The notes beneath the pieces were generated by a model that saw only the letters and a list, made by a program, of their open reading frames with translations, made no database searches and had not been told where the DNA came from. Shown here piece by piece: positions 1 to 10,674 of a DNA stretch of 64,000 nucleotides; positions within the stretch are counted from its first letter, which is position 1, and every line of letters starts with the position of its first letter. The stretch lies in the NCBI GenBank assembly GCA_045533905.1, contig JAZSIR010000002.1, forward strand, positions 1-64,000. Direction: 5' to 3'. Position numbers and translations under genes: made by a program. This DNA is from Clostridia bacterium (GTDB lineage Bacteria; Bacillota; Clostridia; UMGS1883; UMGS1540).

Positions 1-28
1 CCCCCTTTGGCCACTCGGGAACCCCTCC
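1..28 (-). tRNA. tRNA-Tyr, 5' part only (truncated by window edge)
   Basis: Reverse complement GGAGGGGTTCCCGAGTGGCCAAAGGGGG is the typical Firmicutes tRNA-Tyr acceptor/D-arm start; follows tRNA-Thr; anticodon lies outside the window. Confidence 0.75.
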
Positions 29-35
29 AAATGTC

Positions 36-111
36 TGGAGCTGGTGATGGGACTCGAACCCGCAACCTGCTGATTACAAATCAGCTGCTCTGCCAATTGA
101 GCTACACCAGC
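36..111 (-). tRNA. tRNA-Thr(TGT)
   Basis: 76-nt cloverleaf GCTGGTGTAGCTCAATTGGCAGAGCA-GCTGA TTTGTAA TCAGC-...GGTTCGAGTCC...CACCAGCTCCA with encoded CCA. Confidence 0.96.
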
Positions 112-130
112 GCTTCACGACGCAAGAAAT

Positions 131-160
131 ATGATACCACAGAAATACACTTTTTGTCAA
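131..160 (-). promoter_or_regulatory. sigmaA promoter of the tRNA operon
   Basis: TTGACA-N18-TATCAT with TG extension, just upstream of tRNA-Thr. Confidence 0.65.
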
Positions 161-239
161 GCCTTTTTCTAAAATTTTTTATAAAATCTCCTCTTCCCTT
201 CCTTTTTCCCCGTTTTTTCGGTGTTTATACGGAACAGCA

Positions 240-268
240 GTATAAAAAAACGCCTTTTTGGGAAACTA
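240..268 (+). promoter_or_regulatory. putative forespore (sigmaF/sigmaG-type) promoter of the ger operon
   Basis: GTATA-N15-GGGAAACTA resembles the sigmaF/G consensus; upstream of germination receptor genes. Confidence 0.45.
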
Positions 269-299
269 TCTGCAAGTATCCCGCCAAAAAGGAGTGGCT

Positions 300-1844
300 A
301 TGAACCGACTGTTTTCTTTATTCCATATCTTCGCCGCAAAAAAGGACGTGCCCGGCATAGACCGGGAGCTTTTTGAAAATACAGAAATTGAAGGAAATCT
401 CGAAGTAAACCTTCAAATTGTCCGCACGATTTTAGGGGAAAGCAACGATGTAATTATTCGCCGTTTTTCCTTCGGGCAAGGAAAGCAGAAGGCCGCCGTC
501 ATCTCCATTGACGGCCTTGTAAAGGCGGACCTCGTCGCACTTGAAATCATAAAGCCGCTTTTATACGGTGGCCTTTTAGAAGAGGCCAAAAAGCGGCCAC
601 GGACTATGGAGGCGGTGGCGGCGTGCTATCTGACCGCAGATGACAGCCGCGCCGCAGAGACCTTTGGCGCGCTTTCTACGGGCGTTCTCTCCGGCGATGC
701 CGCCGTTTTGATCGACGGCATAAAAGGCACCCTCATCTTAAACGCCAAGGGATTTCCCCAAAGAAGCGTGGAGGACCCGCAAACGGAATCTGTTCTCCGC
801 GGGCCACGAGAAGGTTTTGTGGAAAACCTTCGCACGAACACTGCACTTCTCCGCCGCAAAATCAAAAGCCCGTTTCTGACCTTTGAAACTGTGACAATCG
901 GCCGGAAAACGAACACCGTCCTCTCCCTCGCGTATGTGCGGAATGTTGCGGACCCTGCACTTATAGAAGAGGTGAAAACCCGCCTTTCCCGAATCGATAC
1001 GGACGGTATACTGGATTCCGGCTACATTGAGCAGTATATCGGAGACGGCGGTTCTCTGTTTTTCACCACGATTGCCAACAGCGAAAAGCCGGATGCCGTG
1101 GCCGGAAAACTCCTTGAGGGACGCGTGGCCATTATTGTGGACGGCTCACCCTATGTGCTGACAGCCCCTGCTTTTTTTGTGGAAACCTTTCAGACCGCAG
1201 AGGACTATTACATCGCGCCGCTTTTCGCATCTACCCTGCGCCTCGTCCGGTTTACGGCCTTTATGATAAGCCTTCTGGCACTTCCCTTATATGTGGCACT
1301 TACCACCTTCCATCAGGAGCTTATTCCCACGGAGCTTCTTTTATCGATGGCCGCGGCCGAGGGAAATACCCCATTTCCTGCCGTGGTGGAAGCACTTCTT
1401 ATGATTGTTGTTTTTGAAATTCTGAAAGAGGCCGGCATACGCCTTCCCCGCCCGGCGGGACAAGCCGTCAGTATGGTAGGCGCCATCATCATTGGCGAAA
1501 CCGCTGTTTCGGCAGGACTCATCGGTGCACCGATGGTCATTGCCGTGGCCATTACCGCCGTTTCTGCCTTCGCCACGCCTGCGCAGGCAAACACATCTAT
1601 GGCGCTTCGTATGCTTTTCCTTCTGCTTGCCGGCATTTTCGGAGGACTGGGCCTTTCTCTCGGGCTCCTTCTCCTCCTCTTTCATCTCAGCTCACTCACT
1701 TCTTTTGGCGTGCCGTACCTCGCTCCCTTCTCCCCCTTCCACGCCATCGACAACAAGGACGCGCTTCTCCGTCTTTCTTTCCGGCGCCTTCTTCTTCGTC
1801 CCTCTCTTCTTGCAAGACGAAACCCGCGCCGCCAAAAGCCATAA
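300..1844 (+). CDS. gerKA: spore germination receptor A subunit (GerKA/GerAA family)
   Basis: Motifs GPREGFVENLRTNTALLRRKI, EKPD, LLEGRVAIIVDGSP, EAGIRLP; ATG 300 after AAGGAG. Confidence 0.92.
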   Translation: MNRLFSLFHIFAAKKDVPGIDRELFENTEIEGNLEVNLQIVRTILGESNDVIIRRFSFGQGKQKAAVISIDGLVKADLVALEIIKPLLYGGLLEEAKKRPRTMEAVAACYLTADDSRAAETFGALSTGVLSGDAAVLIDGIKGTLILNAKGFPQRSVEDPQTESVLRGPREGFVENLRTNTALLRRKIKSPFLTFETVTIGRKTNTVLSLAYVRNVADPALIEEVKTRLSRIDTDGILDSGYIEQYIGDGGSLFFTTIANSEKPDAVAGKLLEGRVAIIVDGSPYVLTAPAFFVETFQTAEDYYIAPLFASTLRLVRFTAFMISLLALPLYVALTTFHQELIPTELLLSMAAAEGNTPFPAVVEALLMIVVFEILKEAGIRLPRPAGQAVSMVGAIIIGETAVSAGLIGAPMVIAVAITAVSAFATPAQANTSMALRMLFLLLAGIFGGLGLSLGLLLLLFHLSSLTSFGVPYLAPFSPFHAIDNKDALLRLSFRRLLLRPSLLARRNPRRQKP

Positions 1845-1855
1845 AAGGAGTTTGT

Positions 1856-2992
1856 ATGAAAAAAGTCGTTCTTTCCTTTCTCTCTGTTCTCCTCTCCCTC
1901 TCCCTCGCAGGCTGCTGGAACCAGCGCGAAATCGGAAAAATTGCCATTGTGATGGGGTTTGCGGTGGATAACGGCGAGAGTGAAGATGAAATTGAAATCA
2001 CCGCACAGATTGCCAATACGCGCACAATCACCGCGGCAAGTGAAGGCGGAGGCGGCGAAGAAAAGCCGTATCTGAACCTTTCCTCGCGTGGGGAATATGT
2101 GTTTCCTTCCATCCGTACTTCCGTTACGAAATCGGGCGCAGAGCTTTATATGGCACATAATTATGTTGTGATTTTCGGGCAGGAAATCGCCAAAAAAGGC
2201 CTCGGGAGCTATATGGACTTTTTCCTGCGCGATCACGAGCTCCGGCTCGATATGCACCTTCTCATCTCGCGCACACGCGGCGCCGATATTTTGGGCACGG
2301 AGACCGGCTTTCAGAGCATTCCCGCCCTCCATATTCACGACCTGATCCGGGCACAGAAGCAGCTTTCCACAGGAATGCCGATTACCGTTTTAGACTTTAT
2401 GAACCGCCTTGCGGCAGACCGCGCTGCACCGCTCATTCCGATTATTGAAGTGGAAAAAAACGATGAGGAGGATGTGCTGCATATGGCCGGCACGGCCGTT
2501 TTCTCGGATGATGTTATGGTAGGGGATCTCGACCCGCGCGAGACACGCGGCTACCTCTGGGCGGCAGGGGACGTAAAAGAGGCTGTGGTGGTCTGCACAG
2601 CCGGGGACGACCACGTGGGTATAGAGGTTCTGCACGCTGCAGGCAGCATCACGCCTGCAATCCACGAAAACGGTGAGCTTTCGATGCGGATTGCCGTCTC
2701 GGCAAAAGGCTCCATAGGCTCCGAACGCGGAAGGCGGGATTTCACCTCTTCGGAAGGCGTAGAAAAGCTTCTCGCCGCGTTTGCCGGCGAAATTGAAGGG
2801 GAAATCCGTGCCTGCCTCGAAAAAGGTAAGGCGCTTCGCGCCGACATTTTCGGTTTCTCCGATGTTTTATATAAAAAACACCCCCGGCTCTGGGAGAAAA
2901 TGAAGGATTCACCCTTTTATGATTTGCCCGTAGAAATCGAGGTTAAAACAAATCTGGATTCTTCCGGGCGCATCAGCGTACCGCTTCGATAG
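1856..2992 (+). CDS. gerKC: spore germination receptor C subunit lipoprotein (Ger(x)C)
   Basis: Lipobox LAGC-WNQREI, DFFLRDHE, ADIFGF motifs; second gene of the operon. Confidence 0.9.
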   Translation: MKKVVLSFLSVLLSLSLAGCWNQREIGKIAIVMGFAVDNGESEDEIEITAQIANTRTITAASEGGGGEEKPYLNLSSRGEYVFPSIRTSVTKSGAELYMAHNYVVIFGQEIAKKGLGSYMDFFLRDHELRLDMHLLISRTRGADILGTETGFQSIPALHIHDLIRAQKQLSTGMPITVLDFMNRLAADRAAPLIPIIEVEKNDEEDVLHMAGTAVFSDDVMVGDLDPRETRGYLWAAGDVKEAVVVCTAGDDHVGIEVLHAAGSITPAIHENGELSMRIAVSAKGSIGSERGRRDFTSSEGVEKLLAAFAGEIEGEIRACLEKGKALRADIFGFSDVLYKKHPRLWEKMKDSPFYDLPVEIEVKTNLDSSGRISVPLR

Positions 2993-3001
2993 GAGGCTTC
3001 T

Positions 3002-4090
3002 ATGTTTTCCACATATCCGCTTATGTTCGGGATAGCCGCTTTTATCGGCGGTTCTTCTCTTTTCACTATCTTTATCACACAAATCGCATTTCAGGACTCC
3101 TGGATCTGTGCTATTTTGGCGCTCGTCCTCTGTTTTCTTGTTGTCAGTATATATCTTGCCCTGGTGCGCCGATTTCCGCGCCTGGGGCTTCTCCAGATGC
3201 ATACCCTCGTATACGGAAAAGCATGCGGGCGATTTATAAACCTTTTATATCTTCTCTTTTGCTTTTTATTTACCGCCGTAAGCCTTCGGAATCTTGGGGA
3301 CTTTTTTATCGGCTATATTATGACGGAAACGCCGATGGCGGTTGTGTTGGTCCTTCTTGCCTGCACTTGCGCTGTGGCGGCACACGGGGGCATTGCGCTC
3401 GTTCTTCGGAATGCCTTCCTCTTCTTCCTTTTTATGTCGCTCGCTCTCCTTACCAATTCCCTTCTCCTGATTCCCAATATGGAGCTTTCCAATTTTCTGC
3501 CCGTCTTCACGCTTTCTGCCTCCACCTATATGAAGGCCTCGTTTATCCTTGCCGCCGCGCCTTTTGGTGAGATTTTTGTGTTTTTAATTCTTCTCCCCTA
3601 TGCCACGCCCGAAGCCGATATCCGGAAAAGCTTTTTATGGGGGCTTCTTCTTGGCGGCCTGTATCTTTTCTTTACATTTTTAAGGGATATTGCGTGCCTT
3701 GGCGTGGCCCTTTCCTATCTGACGGAGCCGACATATGAAGCCGTCCGCCTTATTAATCTTATGGACGTTTTCTCCCGTCTCGAAATCGTGTTTGCCTTCA
3801 CGCTCATCGCGATGCGCGTGTTTAAACTCAGCGTCCTTTTCTGTGCGATACTGCGCAGCTTTGAGGATGTGCGCGCCCGCCCCATAGAAAAACGGGGGCG
3901 CGCGCTCGTCCTCGTTTCCGCCATCTCCATTTTTCTTGCGCTCTACCTTTTCCGCACGGGCATTACGCTCCCCGAATGGTTCCGCGATATCGGCTCCTAT
4001 ATTTTCGCCGTGTTTGAAATGACGCTTCCCGCCTTGACACTTGTGGTAGCAATTGTTCGGAGAAAACACGGCAACCCACAAAGAAACTGA
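3002..4090 (+). CDS. gerKB: spore germination receptor B subunit (GerAB/KB, APC-like membrane protein)
   Basis: Multi-TM; QDSWI, ETP, NFLPV, FSRLE motifs; operon context. Confidence 0.88.
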   Translation: MFSTYPLMFGIAAFIGGSSLFTIFITQIAFQDSWICAILALVLCFLVVSIYLALVRRFPRLGLLQMHTLVYGKACGRFINLLYLLFCFLFTAVSLRNLGDFFIGYIMTETPMAVVLVLLACTCAVAAHGGIALVLRNAFLFFLFMSLALLTNSLLLIPNMELSNFLPVFTLSASTYMKASFILAAAPFGEIFVFLILLPYATPEADIRKSFLWGLLLGGLYLFFTFLRDIACLGVALSYLTEPTYEAVRLINLMDVFSRLEIVFAFTLIAMRVFKLSVLFCAILRSFEDVRARPIEKRGRALVLVSAISIFLALYLFRTGITLPEWFRDIGSYIFAVFEMTLPALTLVVAIVRRKHGNPQRN

Positions 4091-4132
4091 AAAAAAGAGG
4101 CAGAACCCGTCGAAGCAAAGTTCTGGCATAAC

Positions 4133-4164
4133 AAAAAGGCTGTTGCATATGCAACAGCCTTTTC
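4133..4164. terminator. bidirectional intrinsic terminator between gerKB and groEL
   Basis: AAAAAGGCTGTTGCA-TA-TGCAACAGCCTTTT inverted repeat between convergent genes. Confidence 0.8.
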
Positions 4165-4180
4165 CTTTTTGGAATAGCGA

Positions 4181-6141
<1,961 letters not shown>

Positions 6142-6168
6142 TTAGCACTCTCGCCCTCTGAGTGCTAA
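6142..6168. promoter_or_regulatory. CIRCE element (HrcA operator)
   Basis: Perfect TTAGCACTC-N9-GAGTGCTAA upstream of groES. Confidence 0.97.
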
Positions 6169-6377
6169 CAAGGTTAAGTTTACCACATTTTCGCAGTTAT
6201 TCAACACCTATTTTCTTCCGTTTTTGGATAAAAATACATCCTTTTCTCTTTTTTTCTTTTGTTTTCTTTCGTTTTCTTATATTTTAGCATTTTTATCATT
6301 TTTTAATAGAAGAGATTTGCATTTTCACACGGGATATGATATACTACTATAATAAAATTAATATGGAGGTTTTCTCT

Positions 6378-6932
6378 ATGAATGAAGATATCAAAAAGGT
6401 AGCACTCCGCATCCGTGAACTTCGCGAAATTGAAGGCTGCACCACGCACGAAATGGCCGCACGTTTCGGCATCCCGCACGAAACCTATCTCGAATACGAA
6501 AGCGGCACCTCGGATATGCCGATCAGCTTTTTATCGGACGCGGCCGCCTATTTTAATATTCAGGTCTATGAGCTTTTATCCGGCAACAATGCAAAGCTCC
6601 GCATTTACCAGGTTGTAAGAAGCGGTAAGGGGCTCAGCATTGAGCGCAGCAAGCAGTATGACTATCAGCATCTCGCCTACAATTTTGCAGGCAACAAGGT
6701 GCTTCCCCTTCTCGTTACGGTAGCCCCGCAAAAAGGCGATGAGAAACCGCAGACGAATATCCACCGCGGGCAGGAATTTGATTACTGCCTTGAAGGGAAA
6801 ATTTTAATCACTATCGGCGGCAAAGAGGAAATTTTAGAGCCGGGCGACTCGGTGTATTATGATTCTTCCTATCCGCACGGTATGATTGCCCTCGGCGACA
6901 CGCCGGCGAAAATTCTCACGCTTGTAATCTAA
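6378..6932 (+). CDS. XRE-family HTH regulator with C-terminal cupin domain
   Basis: N-terminal HTH (RIRELRE..YLEYESG), cupin motif HRGQEFDYCLEG..PGDSVYYDSSYPH. Confidence 0.88.
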   Translation: MNEDIKKVALRIRELREIEGCTTHEMAARFGIPHETYLEYESGTSDMPISFLSDAAAYFNIQVYELLSGNNAKLRIYQVVRSGKGLSIERSKQYDYQHLAYNFAGNKVLPLLVTVAPQKGDEKPQTNIHRGQEFDYCLEGKILITIGGKEEILEPGDSVYYDSSYPHGMIALGDTPAKILTLVI

Positions 6933-6944
6933 GGAGGCTTTATC

Positions 6945-7736
6945 TTGGATATTTTGCACGATTTACACATACACACAAATATATCGCGGTGCGGACAACC
7001 TTCGGCCACGCCCGCAAAGTATATTGAGCTCGCAAAGGCGCGCGGTATGAAAACCGTCGGCTTTGCAAACCACGTCTGGGACACTGCCGTTTCCCCCGCC
7101 ATCAACAATTGGTACGAAGGGCAGGATATGGCGCCCATTTTAGAAATGGATATCCCGAAAGCAGAAGGCATTCGCGTATTACGCGGCTGCGAAGCTGAAA
7201 TGGACAAAAACGGCGTTTTAGGTCTTTCGGAAGCGGCGGCAAAAAGCCTTGACTATGTGCTTGCGGTACACTCGCACTCCCAGCACGAAGCGGTGATTGA
7301 CGATGCAGTACGCCGCGACCCGAAAAAGCTTGCGGATGTCCTTTGTGAAAGATTTTCTCTCATCACCGAAAATCCTTTGGCTAAATATATTACCGCCATC
7401 GCGCACCCCTTCTTCCCCTCCGGCAACAAAGAGGATTTTGACGAGGTGCTCTTCCGTATTTCCGACGATCGACTCGAAGATCTCTTTGCCGACGCGGTAT
7501 ACCAAAAGATTGCGATTGAATTAAACGCTTCTGCTTTCGCCTCGTATCCGATGCGCGCCATGCACAAAAGCGAACTCTTCCGCGTATATGAAACGGCAAA
7601 GGAATGCGGATGCAAATTCATTTTCGGCACAGATTGCCATGACCCCGAAAAGTACGGCGAGCTTGTGGAAAGGCTCTCCATTTTGGCAGACCTTCTGGAA
7701 ATTACGGAAGCAGACCTTATTCCCCTTGTAAAATAA
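6945..7736 (+). CDS. PHP-domain metallophosphoesterase
   Basis: DLHIHT, GFANH, AHP, ELN, GTDCH metal-binding motifs. Confidence 0.85.
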   Translation: MDILHDLHIHTNISRCGQPSATPAKYIELAKARGMKTVGFANHVWDTAVSPAINNWYEGQDMAPILEMDIPKAEGIRVLRGCEAEMDKNGVLGLSEAAAKSLDYVLAVHSHSQHEAVIDDAVRRDPKKLADVLCERFSLITENPLAKYITAIAHPFFPSGNKEDFDEVLFRISDDRLEDLFADAVYQKIAIELNASAFASYPMRAMHKSELFRVYETAKECGCKFIFGTDCHDPEKYGELVERLSILADLLEITEADLIPLVK

Positions 7737-7749
7737 AAGAGGTGATTCT

Positions 7750-8859
7750 TTGCAGAACCGAAAACCGCGGCTTCTCCGGCAGATGGATCCCTATCTTCTT
7801 CTTTGTGCCGGCGTTGCCTTTATTATGGGACTGATTGCAATCGGAAGCTCCGCCCAGAGTCTTGGGTCTTCCCGCTTTCTGATTGTACAGATTGCCGCCT
7901 TCACCATCGGCGTTTTGCTAATGCTTTTGCTTGTGCGGATTGACTATGACTTTTTAGGGCAGTTGGGCATCGGCGTCTATATTGCAAGCGTCCTCATTCT
8001 TCTCTCCGTTCTCTTCATCGGCACGGGCGGCGAAGAAGTAGGCACGCGCGGATGGATCCGCATAGGCCCCGTTGGTATCCAGCCTTCGGAAATTGCCAAA
8101 ATCGGCTTTATTCTTTCGTTTGCAAAGCACGCCGATTCTGTGCGGGAGGATATTAACCGCCCTGTAACCCTTCTCTTTTTGTGCCTCCACGCCGGTCTTT
8201 TAATCGGCCTTGTGCTTTTGCAGCCCGACTTTGGCACGGCAGTTGTATTCCTCGTGATTTTTCTCGGCATTTTATATGTGGCGGGCCTCAGCCTTAAATA
8301 CTTTGCGGCAGCCGGCGGTCTTTTCGCCATACTTGCGCCGCTTGCCTGGTTTTTCTGGCTTGCTGACTTTCAGAAAAACCGCATCCTCACCTTTTTAAGT
8401 CCCGAACGTGATCCGCTTGGCGCAGGCTACCACGTGCTGCAATCCAAAATTGCGATTGGTGCGGGCGGTGTGCTCGGCCGCGGCATCGGGCAGGGGATTC
8501 AGACACAGCACGGGTATCTCCCCGAAAAACAAACAGACTTTATCTTCGCTGTAATCGGCGAGGAAATGGGGATGTGGGGTACGATGCTTGTTCTCGCCGC
8601 CCTCCTCTTTTTACTGGTGCGATGCTTTATCATCGCTTCCCAGTCGCGCGATGGCTTCGGCGAGCTTTTGGCCGCCGGTGTCGGCTTTATGCTTCTTGCG
8701 CACATTTTTGAGAGCATCGGGATGTGCCTCGGGCTTTTGCCGGTTACGGGCATTCCGCTCCCCTTTGTCAGCTACGGCGGTTCGAATATGCTGGCAAGTA
8801 TTCTGGCGCTTTCGCTTGTGGAAAGCGTGTATATGCGCCGAAAACGAATGCAATTTTAA
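7750..8859 (+). CDS. rodA: SEDS-family peptidoglycan glycosyltransferase RodA
   Basis: RGWI..IQPSEIAK, QPDFGTA, QSKIAIGAGG, LPEKQTDFIF, GIPLPFVSYGGS. Confidence 0.88.
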   Translation: MQNRKPRLLRQMDPYLLLCAGVAFIMGLIAIGSSAQSLGSSRFLIVQIAAFTIGVLLMLLLVRIDYDFLGQLGIGVYIASVLILLSVLFIGTGGEEVGTRGWIRIGPVGIQPSEIAKIGFILSFAKHADSVREDINRPVTLLFLCLHAGLLIGLVLLQPDFGTAVVFLVIFLGILYVAGLSLKYFAAAGGLFAILAPLAWFFWLADFQKNRILTFLSPERDPLGAGYHVLQSKIAIGAGGVLGRGIGQGIQTQHGYLPEKQTDFIFAVIGEEMGMWGTMLVLAALLFLLVRCFIIASQSRDGFGELLAAGVGFMLLAHIFESIGMCLGLLPVTGIPLPFVSYGGSNMLASILALSLVESVYMRRKRMQF

Positions 8860-8877
8860 AGATAGGAAGGTATCGCT

Positions 8878-9771
8878 TTGGAAAATTTTAAATCCGGCTT
8901 TATTGCCATTGTAGGACGCCCCAACGCGGGTAAATCGACCATCTTAAATCGACTCATCGGTGCAAAAATCGCAATCACAACCGCGAAGCCCCAGACGACA
9001 CGGAATCAGATTCTTGGCATTTTAAACCGCGAGGAATACCAGATGGTGTTTGTGGACACGCCCGGTGTGCACCGCCCGAAAACGAAGCTCGGGGATTATA
9101 TGAACCATGCGGCCATGGGCGCTATCGGCTCGGTGGATGCTGCCCTTTTAATGGCCGATGCCGTGCGCGGCTTCGGCGAGCCGGAGGCCCGCATTATAGA
9201 AGAACTGAAAAAGAAACAGATTCCGGCCGTTTTAGGTCTGAATAAAATTGACCGCGTTTCCAGAGAAGCACTTCTTCCGCAGATTGCGGCCTATTCGGAG
9301 GCGTTTGATTTTTCCGCCATTGTGCCGATTTCCGCAAAGACGGGTGACGGTGCAGAGCTTCTTCTTACGGAGCTTGAAAAGTTCCTTATGGAAGGGCCCA
9401 TGTATTATCCTGACGATATGATTACGGATAAAACAGAGCGCGAGATTATGGCTGAATTCATCCGTGAAAAGCTCCTTTCGTATCTCGACCAGGAAATTCC
9501 GCACGGTACGGCCGTTGAAGTTATGGAAATGAAGGACGAGAAGAAGGTTTGCCGCATTTTAGCGGACATTGTGTGCGAAAAAGCCTCTCACAAATCCATT
9601 ATTATCGGCCGCGGCGGCGCGATGCTAAAGCGCGTAGGCACCGCGGCACGCGAAGAGGCAGAAGCCTTCTTCGGCAAAAAAATATTTTTGCAGCTTTTTG
9701 TAAAAGTTAAGGATGACTGGCGAAACAGCGGTTCTATGCTGAAAACGCTCGGTTTCTCTGACAAAGAGTAA
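8878..9771 (+). CDS. era: GTPase Era
   Basis: GRPNAGKST, KPQTTR, DTPG, NKID, C-terminal KH domain. Confidence 0.97.
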   Translation: MENFKSGFIAIVGRPNAGKSTILNRLIGAKIAITTAKPQTTRNQILGILNREEYQMVFVDTPGVHRPKTKLGDYMNHAAMGAIGSVDAALLMADAVRGFGEPEARIIEELKKKQIPAVLGLNKIDRVSREALLPQIAAYSEAFDFSAIVPISAKTGDGAELLLTELEKFLMEGPMYYPDDMITDKTEREIMAEFIREKLLSYLDQEIPHGTAVEVMEMKDEKKVCRILADIVCEKASHKSIIIGRGGAMLKRVGTAAREEAEAFFGKKIFLQLFVKVKDDWRNSGSMLKTLGFSDKE

Positions 9772-9836
9772 GTTTTTCCCACTGATATTCCATCCCGAAA
9801 GTGCAAACAATATCACCGAAAGTGATGGTGATTTGT

Positions 9837-10004
9837 ATGCCCTCTTCCTACTGGGAAGAATTTTGCAAAACGGGTGACCCCGAGTTATATATGAAATTTA
9901 AGGAAGCGGAGGCACTGTATGGAACCGCTGAAAACGACAGGGATCGTACTGCGGGCGAGCCGCGCGAAAAACAGCAGCCTGGCTCTTTCCGTTTTGAGTC
10001 CTGA
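9837..10004 (+). CDS. small YqzL-like protein
   Basis: W..F..TG...Y...K pattern (YWEEFCKTGDPELYMKFKE) and conserved position between era and recO; overlaps recO start. Confidence 0.6.
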   Translation: MPSSYWEEFCKTGDPELYMKFKEAEALYGTAENDRDRTAGEPREKQQPGSFRFES

Positions 10005-10656
10005 TCTTGGTAAAATCAGTATATGGGCGCGCGGCGCGCAAAGCCCTAAAAATCCGATGCACCACGGGTGCACGCTTCTTTCCTACGGCGAATTTGTGCT
10101 TTTGCCGCGCGGAGAGATGTACTCGCTTTCAAGCGCCTCGCCCATTCATTCCTTCTACCGGCTTCGGGAAGATGTGGAAAAGCTTTCCTATGCCGTGTAC
10201 TTTGCAGAGCTCGGCGGCCTGCTGTTTGGCGAAGGCACCGATGCTTCGGAGGCCGTGCGGCTGCTTCTCAACACGCTGCACTATCTCGAGCAGGACCTGA
10301 AAGCACCGCTTGACCTTAAGGTGCTTTACGAAATCCGCCTTATGCAGGCGGCCGGTTTTTCTCCGCACACGGACGGATGCATCCACTGCGGCGCAGAAAA
10401 TACCGTGGCCTTCTCGCCCGAGGCAGGCGGTCTTCTTTGCAGCGCCTGTTCCGCTCTCCCGCCCCTTTCCCGTGCGGCGCACGCACTTCTTTGCGGGTAT
10501 GCGGAAAAAAATCTGAAAACGGCGCTTGATCATACGGGTGGTGACGCCGCCGCAGAGCTTGCGCCTTTGTGCGAGCATTTCGTCCGCCATCACACAGAGC
10601 TTAACCCCAAATCCCTGGCATACTTACACAATATACAGAATATAGTAAATTCATAA
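9919..10656 (+). CDS. recO: DNA repair protein RecO
   Basis: TTGIVLR..GKISIWARGA N-terminus, CxxC..CxxC Zn finger, position after era. Confidence 0.9.
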   Translation: MEPLKTTGIVLRASRAKNSSLALSVLSPDLGKISIWARGAQSPKNPMHHGCTLLSYGEFVLLPRGEMYSLSSASPIHSFYRLREDVEKLSYAVYFAELGGLLFGEGTDASEAVRLLLNTLHYLEQDLKAPLDLKVLYEIRLMQAAGFSPHTDGCIHCGAENTVAFSPEAGGLLCSACSALPPLSRAAHALLCGYAEKNLKTALDHTGGDAAAELAPLCEHFVRHHTELNPKSLAYLHNIQNIVNS

Positions 10657-10674
10657 TCTATAAAGGAGTTTACA

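Noticed and set aside
7-303. 98-aa ORF at the window start
   Set aside because: Overlaps tRNA genes on the opposite strand; spurious
6190-6330. Very T-rich tract between groES and the XRE gene
   Set aside because: Explained as a divergent-promoter region; no periodic repeat or array
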